This document shows positions 17,841 through 28,192 of a stretch of DNA of 64,000 nucleotides, piece after piece. The stretch spans positions 1,248,001-1,312,000 of the forward strand of contig OZ219753.1 in assembly GCA_964291315.2 (NCBI GenBank). Direction: 5' to 3'. The position numbers and the translations under genes are program-made. The notes beneath the pieces are model-generated. The model did not search any database and was not told the origin of the DNA. It saw nothing but the letters and a program-made list of their open reading frames with translations. Source of the DNA: Candidatus Poribacteria bacterium. GTDB lineage: Bacteria > Poribacteria > WGA-4E > WGA-3G. Position 1 is the stretch's first letter. Each line of letters starts with the position of its first letter.

Positions 17841-20800
17841 ATGAGACAAGATGTAAAACGGGCTTATGAGAATCTGATTGCACACCTCCGTAAGACTCGG
17901 AGACAGTGGCGATGGCTCATCTTCTTAGAAGGTGGGCTGCGGTGTGCCGGTATTCTTGCCCTTGCCACAACAGGTGCTCTCATCTTTTTGGCATTTAGCT
18001 TGCGGGTATGGCAGTTCCCGTTTTCGCACTGGATACGCATCGGTACCGTCTTACTATTAATAGGCAGTGCGGTTTATACTGTGGTATGGACGCTTGTGCT
18101 GCCACTTCGCCGTAAATTGACTGATGCAGCGGTCGCAGCACGGCTTGAATCAACACATATAGAAAACGAATCTGCGTCCGAAAATCGGATCCTAAGTGCC
18201 GTGCAACTCCAGAAAGCATTAACAGATAACCGCTTCGGATACGCTCCTGAGTTTATAGAACACTTGATTGTTCAGACTAATAGCGATATAGAGCAGATGA
18301 AAGATAGCCCGATATTTCAGTCCGAGTTGTCTAGAGTCAGACGAAGCGCGGGAATCGCTGTCACTGGCGTTGGTCTTCTGTTTATCACCCACTTTTTTTT
18401 ACCGACTACCTTCGTCGAGTTCACGCAATTGTTTCAGGCTTTACCCGCAACATTGCAAGTGGGATATGATGATTTAGAAAAATCTATTCGGATTACAGAA
18501 ATTCAACCCGGTAATATCCGGATTAAACGCGGAACGGATGTAGGCATCACCGCAAAAGTAAACGGACACCTTGGCGCGCCCGTCGAACTCTACTATCGGA
18601 TCGGAGAGGCGGATAAAGTTACCACCACGGCAAATTGGCAATCGCTCCTGATGCAAGAGCTGCCCATTGATGTGGGACTTAATTTACAGGTCTTGGAGAC
18701 TTCCTTGGATTACCAGGTGACGCTTGAAAAAGTGAGTCGTCCAATCCAATACTATATCTCCGTTAACGGAGTGGTATCCAATAGATATCAACTCACAATC
18801 AGCAATGAACCTATTGTCACACAGTTTCAGTACCGACTTAACTATCCCGCCTATACACAGCTACAACCCCAGACGATCGCAGCAAATATTGGTGATATCC
18901 AGACGCTTTTTGGGACAGAGGTCGTTTTCATTGGAGAAAGCAATAAACCCATTGAGAAGGCGTCTCTTGTATTCGATGACTCGGGCGATGTGCCTTTGGA
19001 GATTAAAGCCTCGGTTGAACAGCAATCTAGTATACTCCCGCAAAAAAAAGAGCGCATACAAGGTTCTTTTATTGCACAGAAAAGCGACAGTTATCACATC
19101 CGCATTACCGATACCCACGGTTTTATGAATCGGGATCCGATTACACACACACTTACCGTTTTTGAAGATGCTGTTCCTATGGTGTCCATCGTGGCACCGG
19201 CCCGAGATAGCGTCTTGGACAATACGATGTTGGTAGAATTGGAGGTAGAAGCTATGGATGACTACGGCATACAAGAACTTCAACTTGTCCACCGCATTGA
19301 GATTGAAGGTGCTCAAGAAGTAAAGGTGCCGCTGAAACGTTGGAACGTCGAAGAGACGGCGATCCGTAGAGCTGTTTTTCTGACTCATACGTGGGATGTA
19401 GATCAGATCGGTATTTTTCCGGGCGACACGCTTTCTTACTACATTCAAGCCTTAGACAACGACAACGTATCAGGGCCGAACGTTGGTAAATCTCACACCT
19501 ATACGCTTCGTTTCCCATCGCTATCAGAAATGTACGATAGTGTTGCCGCTGATCAGGAAGCCGAACAACGCGGGCTTGATGAACTCTTTGACGAGCAGGC
19601 CGATGCCACTGGATTGGTTGATAACCTCTTGGATAGTATGAAGCGGATGCGTAGAAAAAATCAGGAACTTACGCGCAACGATGAAAATCTCATGCAGCAG
19701 GTGTTTGAACACCAACAACAGATTCAGCAAACAGCGAAACAATTAATCGATAATATGAAACAGACAGCGGAGGAGATGGAACAGAATCAACTCTTTGATA
19801 CTGAAACTATTAAGAAGTATCAGGAGCTGCAGAACCTGATGGAAAAGGCGCTCACTGAAGAACATAAAGAGATTTTACAGAAGCTGTCTGAGGCGTTGGC
19901 AAAACAGCAGATGACCGAGCGCCAGGAAGCAATGACAGAGGCTAATCTCAGCCAGGAGCAGTTTTTGCAACAGTTGGAACGAGCCAAGTCGCTCTACGAA
20001 CAGATCTTGCTTGAGCAGGAATTGGAAGCCGCTGCAAAACAGGCGGCTGCACTCGCTGAACAACAGCAAGAGCTGGTGGACACACTGGAGGCATCCACTG
20101 AACCCGTCCGTTTTAATGACCTGGCAGAGAAAGAAGATAAAATCGGTAAGGCATTCGGGCAGCTCAGCGAAAGATTAGAAAAGCTCGGCACCGAGATGAG
20201 AGAACTCGCTGAAAGTGGTGAGAACGCCCCGCCACAAATAGAGCGACTCGCAGATGAAATCCTACGCCTCAACGAGTTTGCCCACGAGTATAAACTGTCT
20301 GAAGCGCTCACTGATACGAGCACCAATCTCCGAAAAGAGCAGAGCCGCGAGGCACTCGAATCCGGGCGAGCAGCAGAACAGACTTTAACAGAACTGGCAC
20401 AAGGATTGGACAACGCCTTGGCATTTATGGAAGGAGCAAACGCAAATGAAAGCTTAACCGTGATGCGCGAAGCCGTTGAAAGTGGGCTCCTCCTCTCTCA
20501 CCTCCATGAAAAAGTCATCACACAAACGAACGATATCCTGGTTGCCGGACAGATGAAAGCCTATATCCAGAGTGAGATACTGAAGCTGCAAAAACTTGCA
20601 GCAGACGAACTGACTACGGCGGAAGGGATTAGCCGACTGTCAAGTAAGCTTCGGGAGTTAGGGGGGCGGCAGATACAGGTGCCTCCCGAAGTCGTCTTGC
20701 ATCTTAATGCTTCAAACGATGCCCTTGAGCGTGCTGCACGCGCTTTAGAGGATCGGCAGCCGAGCCTTGCACTCCCCATCCAAAGGATGGCACTCGCCGA

Positions 20801-21425
20801 TCTCAATCAAGCAATTTTTGAACTGCTTGAAGCGATGGCACAGATGAACCAACAAATGGGTGCTGACGGGCTTGAAAACATGATGCAGCAGCTCCAACAG
20901 CTCGCTGAAGGTCAAGAGCAGTTGAACCAGATGGCGGAACGTCTGAGCCAACAAATGCGGGATCAAGGACAAACGCCGGGGCTCCAACAGATGATGCAGC
21001 AGCTCGCTGCACAACAGCAACTTATTCGCGAGGCGACTGAACGTCTCGCTGAACGCGCAGAACAGATGTCACAAATGCTCGGGAGTCTTGAAGAGATTGC
21101 TGAGGAGATGCGCGAGGTCGAGAACACACTCCAACAGGGGAGTCTCGATGAACAAGTGCTTGACAGGCAAGCTCAAATTTTAACTCGGATGCTTGATAGT
21201 TTAAGATCGCTGCAAAAACGAGATGTCGGTAAGCAGCGCAAGGCCGAAGTAGCGAAAACGCCTTCAGGGTCTACACAAGAGGCCCATCCCTTGCATCCGG
21301 AATTACTCGAACTTGTTCGGAAGTTAGAAACCACACCAAATGCCAAAGAGTTTGAGGATATTCCGTTTCAATATCGCGAGCAATTAAGGCAGTACTTTAA
21401 AGCACTCTCGCAAAAGAGGCAATAG
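17841..21425 (+). CDS. Large membrane-anchored Ig-like + coiled-coil protein (DUF4175-like)
   Basis: N-terminal TMs, DDYG motif, long Q/E-rich coiled coil, C-terminal YREQLRQYFKAL. Confidence 0.7.
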   Translation: MRQDVKRAYENLIAHLRKTRRQWRWLIFLEGGLRCAGILALATTGALIFLAFSLRVWQFPFSHWIRIGTVLLLIGSAVYTVVWTLVLPLRRKLTDAAVAARLESTHIENESASENRILSAVQLQKALTDNRFGYAPEFIEHLIVQTNSDIEQMKDSPIFQSELSRVRRSAGIAVTGVGLLFITHFFLPTTFVEFTQLFQALPATLQVGYDDLEKSIRITEIQPGNIRIKRGTDVGITAKVNGHLGAPVELYYRIGEADKVTTTANWQSLLMQELPIDVGLNLQVLETSLDYQVTLEKVSRPIQYYISVNGVVSNRYQLTISNEPIVTQFQYRLNYPAYTQLQPQTIAANIGDIQTLFGTEVVFIGESNKPIEKASLVFDDSGDVPLEIKASVEQQSSILPQKKERIQGSFIAQKSDSYHIRITDTHGFMNRDPITHTLTVFEDAVPMVSIVAPARDSVLDNTMLVELEVEAMDDYGIQELQLVHRIEIEGAQEVKVPLKRWNVEETAIRRAVFLTHTWDVDQIGIFPGDTLSYYIQALDNDNVSGPNVGKSHTYTLRFPSLSEMYDSVAADQEAEQRGLDELFDEQADATGLVDNLLDSMKRMRRKNQELTRNDENLMQQVFEHQQQIQQTAKQLIDNMKQTAEEMEQNQLFDTETIKKYQELQNLMEKALTEEHKEILQKLSEALAKQQMTERQEAMTEANLSQEQFLQQLERAKSLYEQILLEQELEAAAKQAAALAEQQQELVDTLEASTEPVRFNDLAEKEDKIGKAFGQLSERLEKLGTEMRELAESGENAPPQIERLADEILRLNEFAHEYKLSEALTDTSTNLRKEQSREALESGRAAEQTLTELAQGLDNALAFMEGANANESLTVMREAVESGLLLSHLHEKVITQTNDILVAGQMKAYIQSEILKLQKLAADELTTAEGISRLSSKLRELGGRQIQVPPEVVLHLNASNDALERAARALEDRQPSLALPIQRMALADLNQAIFELLEAMAQMNQQMGADGLENMMQQLQQLAEGQEQLNQMAERLSQQMRDQGQTPGLQQMMQQLAAQQQLIREATERLAERAEQMSQMLGSLEEIAEEMREVENTLQQGSLDEQVLDRQAQILTRMLDSLRSLQKRDVGKQRKAEVAKTPSGSTQEAHPLHPELLELVRKLETTPNAKEFEDIPFQYREQLRQYFKALSQKRQ

Positions 21426-21461
21426 TCCTCTTTTGTGTTTGTAATTGTCAGGAGACGCGAT

Positions 21462-22673
21462 ATGCTTAATACAATTGGAGAACACCGAACCCGTATCTCG
21501 CGCCGACATTTCTTAAAGGATGTAACTACCTGCACTTTTGCTGCTGCCCTTGTGCCTAACGTCTTAATCGGTAGCGGTAACGTCTTCGGTGCTCAAAGGG
21601 ATCCCGCTAGCAACCACGTAAGTCTTGAATTTAATATTAAGGAGAAAAATGAAATGAAGACAGCAGTCAGCATCGTTGAGGATGCATTTTACATTAATGG
21701 TGAAATTACCTATCCCGGCCGTTTCTACCAAGATAACAAAATAGAAGGGTTGCTCATCAACACCCGCATGGTGCAAGGCATCTTTGATGATAGAAACCCA
21801 GAGACGATTCACTTGTGGGAATACCCGGATACAGGCGAATGGGATGCTGAGCGCAACACGCGTGAATTTTTAGCTGCGATGCCGATCTGGCGTGCTCACG
21901 GTGTGTTAGCATTTACTATTAACCTCCAAGGCGGGAGTCCGGAGGGTTACTCTAAAGCACAGCCGTGGCACAACTCCGGCATAGAAGCCGATGGCAGCCT
22001 CAACCCGGATTACCTGTCGCGACTAGGACGCATTATCGACTTTGCTGATGCACTCGGTATGGTTGTCATCCTCGGCTATTTCTACTTTGGGCAAGACCAT
22101 CGTTTGAAAGACGAGGGTGCTGTCAAGCAGGCTGTAGACAACGCAACCGGATGGCTCCTCGATAACGGCTACACCAATGTTATCGTTGAGGTTAACAACG
22201 AATGTAACGTCAGATATTCACACGAAATTCTACAGCCCGCGCGGGTGCATGAATTGATCGAACGGGTGAAAGCAACCACGCGCAATGGTAATAGATTCCT
22301 CGTCGGAACGAGTTATGGCGGCGGTCGGGTGCCGCTTGAAAATGTCGTCGGTTCCTCGGACTTCCTACTAGTCCACGGGAACGGTGTAAAAGATCCCAAC
22401 CGTATTATCTCTATGGTTCAACAAACGCGCCAAGTGCCGGGTTACCGTCCGATGCCGATTCTGTTCAATGAAGATGACCATTTTGACTTTGACAAACCGT
22501 TAAACAATTTCATAGCAGCCGTGAGTCAGTACGCCTCATGGGGCTACTTTGACCCGGGTGAGAACAACTATCATGAGGGTTACCAATCGGTGCCGGTGCA
22601 GTGGCAAATCAACACGCCACGCAAACGTGCCTTTTTTCAGAAGGCGCGCGACATCACTGGATTTAGCGGTTAG
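21462..22673 (+). CDS. Putative clan GH-A-like glycoside hydrolase with Tat-like signal; second in-frame start at 21654
   Basis: SRRHFLK twin-arginine motif; EVNNEC and FNEDD as candidate catalytic glutamates; SD before both ATG 21462 and ATG 21654. Confidence 0.55.
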   Translation: MLNTIGEHRTRISRRHFLKDVTTCTFAAALVPNVLIGSGNVFGAQRDPASNHVSLEFNIKEKNEMKTAVSIVEDAFYINGEITYPGRFYQDNKIEGLLINTRMVQGIFDDRNPETIHLWEYPDTGEWDAERNTREFLAAMPIWRAHGVLAFTINLQGGSPEGYSKAQPWHNSGIEADGSLNPDYLSRLGRIIDFADALGMVVILGYFYFGQDHRLKDEGAVKQAVDNATGWLLDNGYTNVIVEVNNECNVRYSHEILQPARVHELIERVKATTRNGNRFLVGTSYGGGRVPLENVVGSSDFLLVHGNGVKDPNRIISMVQQTRQVPGYRPMPILFNEDDHFDFDKPLNNFIAAVSQYASWGYFDPGENNYHEGYQSVPVQWQINTPRKRAFFQKARDITGFSG

Positions 22674-22714
22674 ATCCACTAGCGTGTACACATTAGGAGG
22701 GAGAAATACCAAAA

Positions 22715-23485
22715 ATGCCACAAATTGATCCGATCTATTTTGCAGTTGTCGTTGCCGTTGTTGTTATGCTTGGAACGAGCATCCGAATCCTTAAAGAATA
22801 TGAACGCGCTGTGATCTTCCGACTCGGACGCTTGACAGCTACTCGCGGCCCCGGGCTGGTGTTTATGATCCCGTTCTGGATTGAACGGATGCAACGCGTC
22901 AGCCTAAGGATTGTCGTTAACGATGTAACCCCACAAGATGTTATCACGAAGGATAACGTCTCTGTCAGTGTCAATGCTGTGCTGACTTTCAGGGTGACCG
23001 ACCCCGATAAAGCGGTGATTGAGGTGGAGGACTTCGGTTTCGCTATCGCCCAAACTGCACAGACAACTCTGCGGAGCGCGCTTGGACGTGCAGAACTCGA
23101 TGACCTGCTCTCGGAGCGTGAAAAGTTAAACCAGGACCTGGCGGATATTATCAAAAAGCATTGCGAACCGTGGGGAGTTGAGGTACTATCCATGGAGATC
23201 AAACACGTTGATCTGCCTGTTGAGATGCAGCGCGCAATGGCGAAACAGGCGGAAGCGGAACGAGAACGCCGCGCCAAAGTCACACACGCTGAGGGCGAGT
23301 TCGAGTCGGCGGAGGTCCTAACGAACGCTGCGGAAATTCTCAGTAGAACTCCGACAGCCGTGCAGCTCCGCTTCCTGCAGGCGCTGGTAGAGGTCAGCGC
23401 GGAGAAAAACTCAACTGTCGTTTTCCCAATCCCGATAGACCTGCTGAGTCCGTTCCTTGACAAATTGAAACCAGCCGAGAAGTAG
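22715..23485 (+). CDS. SPFH/stomatin (slipin) family protein
   Basis: [37 protein letters not shown]; AGGAGG SD. Confidence 0.93.
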   Translation: MPQIDPIYFAVVVAVVVMLGTSIRILKEYERAVIFRLGRLTATRGPGLVFMIPFWIERMQRVSLRIVVNDVTPQDVITKDNVSVSVNAVLTFRVTDPDKAVIEVEDFGFAIAQTAQTTLRSALGRAELDDLLSEREKLNQDLADIIKKHCEPWGVEVLSMEIKHVDLPVEMQRAMAKQAEAERERRAKVTHAEGEFESAEVLTNAAEILSRTPTAVQLRFLQALVEVSAEKNSTVVFPIPIDLLSPFLDKLKPAEK

Positions 23486-23695
23486 ACTCCCTACGGATCG
23501 CACTTTCAGGTGGAAGTATTTGTGATACTCATAAATGGTAAATCCGTATGTTACTTATCGTTTTTTAGACCACTGCCTAGATATGGGGCCCGAAGGATGC
23601 CCTTTATCAAGGTTACATAGGTCCGGTTGATGCCGGATCCCTACGGAGGATACCACGAACTAACACTAGTACTTCTATCTGTTTCTATCTTTCGC

Positions 23696-23723
23696 TTATA
23701 GCAAGTAGGAACATTGCTATAAT
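23696..23723. promoter_or_regulatory. Perfect 9-bp inverted repeat overlapping an extended -10 (TGCTATAAT)
   Basis: TTATAGCAA-N9-TTGCTATAA between two convergent genes. Confidence 0.4.
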
Positions 23724-24192
23724 AGTGTATAACAGATTTTATAGCGTCTCTCACATTTATTATTTTAACAAACGCACGAGAGAAGGGGTTCAATCCAAGC
23801 CGTAAGATTTCGGGATTGTTAAGAGGTCCCTTCAGATACCTATAGCATATTTATCTCGTCTCGGATCAGCCCGCCCATGAAGCTGTTTCCCTTGGTATCA
23901 AAGGCAATACCTTTGCGCTATGGCGCAGCATCTATCCGTTGCTAATAATATCTTCTGACATATAAAGCTCAACAACGTTGAGCAGCGAAGCCTCTGCGAC
24001 GGCGGTGTCAAATATATTAGTGCAAGTAAGCAACATGCGCGCCAGCAAGGCTTGCAAACTCGCCACTATCCTGCATGTTCCGGTTACAGTAGATCGGTGT
24101 GTTGTACCGCGTGATCGAAAAGCCGTGCTTACCTTCGTGCTCTTTTCTATAGCGAGTTCTATGGCGGACTTTAGAACCAGCATGTATAAACC

Positions 24193-24480
24193 TCATCTAT
24201 CTCTTTGGGTTATAACCTTCCGAATCCAATGCCACCGGAGCTGCCATGCTAACTTCCAATAGCGGGTCCGGTGTGTGAAAAGTCTGTGTCCATCTAACTC
24301 GAGCACAGGAATTAGACGCTTATATTTTGTGAACAGTCCCAGATTTTTTGTGATGTCAACTTCGGTTATGGACAGATACGATGTGTTCGCTCCGATGCGC
24401 TGCAGTATTAATTTTGCCTCGTCACAAAGCTGACAATCTGCTTTCGTATAGAATTGGAGTCGCATCGGTTTGGTTTTCAA
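24193..24480 (-). CDS. Glutaredoxin-like protein (DUF836)
   Basis: YTKADCQLCDEAK (CxxC) and IPVLELDG. Confidence 0.8.
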   Translation of the reverse strand: MKTKPMRLQFYTKADCQLCDEAKLILQRIGANTSYLSITEVDITKNLGLFTKYKRLIPVLELDGHRLFTHRTRYWKLAWQLRWHWIRKVITQRDR

Positions 24481-24582
24481 CAGAGTTGCCCAACAGAAAA
24501 CATAGAGGATAGTACTCAGAAATCGATACGTCAGAGTTTAGCATAGGTAACTCAAAATTACACGTACTTCTGAAAACAGTAT

Positions 24583-25614
24583 TTATGCGAAACGAACGCC
24601 TAATTTTACATTTTCACTTGGATGTGTTGCGATCTTCGGATATTCGTCCAATAAATCGTTGAAATCGACGATAGGCTGCACAATTGGTTCAGATTGCAGG
24701 GTGCCGTTGCAAAGGAGTCGCCAGCTGATTTCAAAGAGTCTGTCTTCGTTCCAATTTGGATATTCCGGATTGGGTTCGCTGCAAGCGCGTGAAAAAATAA
24801 TTGTAGGTCGATTGAAATGGGCTTCGGCGCCGAGGTCTAATCCTGCTGGGTAGATACCCGGCCATGCCCCGGCGACAACCGTTCCTAAATACGTCACGCC
24901 GCGGATAGCTGCTTGTAATGCACTGTGATGCCCGCTGTATTCGATGCAAACATCGGCACCGCGCTTGTTAGTAGCCTTCTTAATTTCCAGCCCGGCATCC
25001 TCTGCTGCCGAGTCAATGACGATATCAGCTCCACATTCAAGAGCCACATTGCGGCGTATTTCAAGCGGATCGACACCGATTACGGGATACGCACCTGCCG
25101 ATTTAGCGAGCTGCAGTGCCATGAGTCCAATACCGCCCAATCCAAAGACCGCGACTGCATCACCAATTCGGACGTGCCCATCACGCACGGCTCCGAGAGC
25201 GAAATCTGTGGGATCCAGGCAGACTGCTGCCTGCCAGGGCACGCCTTCAGGAAGCAGGCGCACGGATCCTGCATCCCAGACATGTTCCTCTCGGAAGGAA
25301 CTGTGCCGAAAAACACGCGCTCCGAGTTCGATTCCGGTGACATCCGCGCCGATTTCAGTTACTTCGCCAACACACATGTTACCTAGCCCGGAAGGGTAGT
25401 TCACCATTCCGGTACCATTTTCTCGAAAGATCTTATATTCTCCATCGTAGGCCCCGCGTGGGCCGGCATAACCCTTATAAGTTGCCATCTCTGAACCGTG
25501 TTTCGCTGCGCCGAACTCGCTCTTAACGCGAATTTGGTTGGAGTGTAAGTCCGGACTCTCATAGTGCCGGAAGGCGACCTGTTCTTGGGCAGGGGCGATA
25601 AGTTCTCTTGGCAT
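24583..25614 (-). CDS. MDR-superfamily (zinc-binding type) dehydrogenase
   Basis: VFGLGGIG Rossmann motif; start set at ATG 25614 (MPRELIAP). Confidence 0.8.
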   Translation of the reverse strand: MPRELIAPAQEQVAFRHYESPDLHSNQIRVKSEFGAAKHGSEMATYKGYAGPRGAYDGEYKIFRENGTGMVNYPSGLGNMCVGEVTEIGADVTGIELGARVFRHSSFREEHVWDAGSVRLLPEGVPWQAAVCLDPTDFALGAVRDGHVRIGDAVAVFGLGGIGLMALQLAKSAGAYPVIGVDPLEIRRNVALECGADIVIDSAAEDAGLEIKKATNKRGADVCIEYSGHHSALQAAIRGVTYLGTVVAGAWPGIYPAGLDLGAEAHFNRPTIIFSRACSEPNPEYPNWNEDRLFEISWRLLCNGTLQSEPIVQPIVDFNDLLDEYPKIATHPSENVKLGVRFA

Positions 25615-25723
25615 ATCTGCTAGTTTCCTTTCTAACATAGGTTCGAAAAAGGTTTGTAAGTGTAGCAAAGGTCGGGGTACCGACCCAATTTCATTTGAGA
25701 TTCACGAGGCATGCCTGCAATTC

Positions 25724-27160
25724 TTAAGCCAAAATGTCACGGACGACGTGTCCGTGGACATCGGTGAGTCGGAAGTCTCGCCCTTGGAAGCGGTAGACGA
25801 GTTTCTCGTGGTTAATTCCAAAGAGGTGGAGCATGGTGGCGTGGAAGTCGTGGACGTGCACAATATTTTCAACTGCGTTGTAACCTAATTCATCGGTGCT
25901 GCCATAACTAATGCCGCCTTTGATGCCACCGCCGGCCATCCACATTGAGAATCCCTTGATATGGTGATCGCGTCCGGTGCCTTGTGCCATCGGTGTTCGG
26001 CCGAATTCGCCTCCCCAAATCACTAAGGTATGCTCTAACATACCACGTTGTTTCAGGTCGTTAACGAGGGCGGCGGTTGCTTTATCAACATAGCTAGCAG
26101 TTGTCTGGATAGCTCCCTCAATACCGCCATGATGGTCCCAACCGCGGTGGTAAAGCTGAATGAACCGGACACCACGTTCCGCTAGTCGCCGCGCAAGCAG
26201 GCAGTTTGAGGCATAGGATCCATCTCCCGGTGTAGCCCCGTACATATCAAGAATGTGCTGAGGTTCTTTCGATAGGTCAGTCAACTCTGGAACGCTGGTC
26301 TGCATTCGGAATGCCATCTCGTATTGGCTAATGCGCGTCGCGATAGTCGGATCGTCTACAGTCTCGTCGAACACCGCGTTTAGGTTTTGCACTGCATTGA
26401 TGACATCCTGCTGTTGTTCTGTACTCACACCGTCAGGGTTGGTAACGTAGTGAACCGGGTCACCGGTTGAATGGAACTGGACACCTTGGAACTGACCGGG
26501 GAGAAATCCGCTGTGCCACTGTCTCGTCGCGATCGGTTGATCCTGGCCACCGCCTGAAGAGATAAGCACAACGTAACCCGGTAGATTTTCGTTTTCGCTA
26601 CCGAGCCCGTAGAGCAACCAAGATCCCATGCTGGGCCTGCCAGCGATTGCAGTGCCAGTGTTCATGAAAGTGTGGGCTGGATCGTGATTAATCTGCTCGG
26701 TTTTCATGGAACGAATGATACAAATATCGTCAGCCAGGCTTCCGATATGTGGGAACGCGCTACTCATCACTTGTCCTGATTGCCCCCACCGCTTGAATTG
26801 GTGTGTCGGTCCGAGGCATTTGAGCGAGTCGACTTGTCCTTGGAGCTGAGCAATGGGTTGGCCTTCGGTAAAAGACTTTGGCATCGGCTGTCCGTGGAGC
26901 TCGGCCAGTTTCGGCTTGTGATCTAATGTCTCTAAATGTGAGGGACCACCTGCCATGCAGAGATGAATAATACATTTGGCTTTCGGTGGCGCCTGCGGCG
27001 TGGTGATAATACCGCTCCATTTCTCAATGTCCGCAGATGTGCCGATTGATGGAGACAGCAAAGACGCAAGCGCGAGCGACCCGACACCCCGCACCGTCTT
27101 TCCCAGGAATGTCCGCCTTGTAAGACGAAGGTTCGTTTCTTCATGAATATCTATGGGCAT
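25724..27160 (-). CDS. DUF1501 domain protein (sulfatase-like, Tat signal)
   Basis: TRRTFL Tat motif, GGPSHLET, ERGVRFIQLYHRGWDHH, GGEFGRTP. Confidence 0.9.
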   Translation of the reverse strand: MPIDIHEETNLRLTRRTFLGKTVRGVGSLALASLLSPSIGTSADIEKWSGIITTPQAPPKAKCIIHLCMAGGPSHLETLDHKPKLAELHGQPMPKSFTEGQPIAQLQGQVDSLKCLGPTHQFKRWGQSGQVMSSAFPHIGSLADDICIIRSMKTEQINHDPAHTFMNTGTAIAGRPSMGSWLLYGLGSENENLPGYVVLISSGGGQDQPIATRQWHSGFLPGQFQGVQFHSTGDPVHYVTNPDGVSTEQQQDVINAVQNLNAVFDETVDDPTIATRISQYEMAFRMQTSVPELTDLSKEPQHILDMYGATPGDGSYASNCLLARRLAERGVRFIQLYHRGWDHHGGIEGAIQTTASYVDKATAALVNDLKQRGMLEHTLVIWGGEFGRTPMAQGTGRDHHIKGFSMWMAGGGIKGGISYGSTDELGYNAVENIVHVHDFHATMLHLFGINHEKLVYRFQGRDFRLTDVHGHVVRDILA

Positions 27161-27175
27161 AGTTACCTCTCTTGT

Positions 27176-28162
27176 TCAAGAATAACAGTTACAGTCTGCT
27201 TCCTGAATGTCCAAATACTGTTGAGTGGTTTGAGGCGCAGTTGAGACGGGTAAACTGCCTGTTTTGATTTTCTCAAAGTCAATACACCTCACGTCTTCGG
27301 GAATCACAAAGGATGCCTTCAAGGATTCCCAGTCTTTATCAGCAATTGTGATGATTTCATCCCGGTGAAAACTGACCCATACATCGCCTATTTTAGAGTT
27401 AGGTGATTCTTGTGCTAACTTTCGCCGTGTGATTTCCACATATTGCGGATCTAAGTCTATACCGATAATTTTCCTGCCCAACCTTGCAGAGGCGACAGCG
27501 GTGGTACCAGCCCCTACAAACGGGTCTAAGAGAACATCACCCTCATCCGTGCTCATCAAAATAAGGCGTTCCAAAAGATGAACGGGAAGCTGACACGGGT
27601 GCGGGTCCCTATGTTTACTGTGGCGGATACGATGGATATCTGTCCAGACATCGGGAACAAGGGGACCGAATGGATGCAGTATCTTTTTCTTTCCGCCGTA
27701 GTCCTTGATTAGGTATCCACATTTGCGACAACGTTTATGCGGGTAACGGACTTCATAGAATTTGTTTTGTTTCTTATTTTTTGCGTAAAACAAGATGCCG
27801 TAGTGTGAAGGCTGCAAGGTTTTGCCCATCGGGGATGTCGGCGCGTTCCATGCGATCCAGTGCCGGAAATCTGCAACTTCATTTAAGAAACTTGCGTAAT
27901 AAGTGAGCCATTTCGGGATATTATGCAAAAAGATGGATCCGCTCGGTTTTGTGATTCGGACTATTTCTAATATCCACTGTTTACACCAATTGAGGTAATC
28001 CTCTACCAGCTTTTCGTCTTTATAGGTTCTATATTTCTTTTTCAGATTAAACGGTGGATCGGCAAACGTGACATCGATACTGTCCGAGGGAATGCCTTGC
28101 ATAATCTCTATACAGTCCCCCTCAATGATTCTGTTAATATATTTCTCCATAAAATGCCTCAA
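27176..28162 (-). CDS. Site-specific amino-DNA methyltransferase (beta class, N6A/N4C)
   Basis: Motif IV DPPF precedes motif I DPFVGAGTT; HPCQLP; internal CRKC. Confidence 0.9.
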   Translation of the reverse strand: MRHFMEKYINRIIEGDCIEIMQGIPSDSIDVTFADPPFNLKKKYRTYKDEKLVEDYLNWCKQWILEIVRITKPSGSIFLHNIPKWLTYYASFLNEVADFRHWIAWNAPTSPMGKTLQPSHYGILFYAKNKKQNKFYEVRYPHKRCRKCGYLIKDYGGKKKILHPFGPLVPDVWTDIHRIRHSKHRDPHPCQLPVHLLERLILMSTDEGDVLLDPFVGAGTTAVASARLGRKIIGIDLDPQYVEITRRKLAQESPNSKIGDVWVSFHRDEIITIADKDWESLKASFVIPEDVRCIDFEKIKTGSLPVSTAPQTTQQYLDIQEADCNCYS

Positions 28163-28192
28163 ATAATCTGTGAAGGGTTATTTAAACTAATG

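Noticed and set aside
22735-23463. 242-aa antisense ORF over the SPFH gene
   Set aside because: Exact antisense shadow of a well-supported gene, with Ser/Arg-rich non-protein-like composition.
23932-24262. Short ORFs in the convergent intergenic gap
   Set aside because: Several overlapping frames, none with a convincing RBS or domain.
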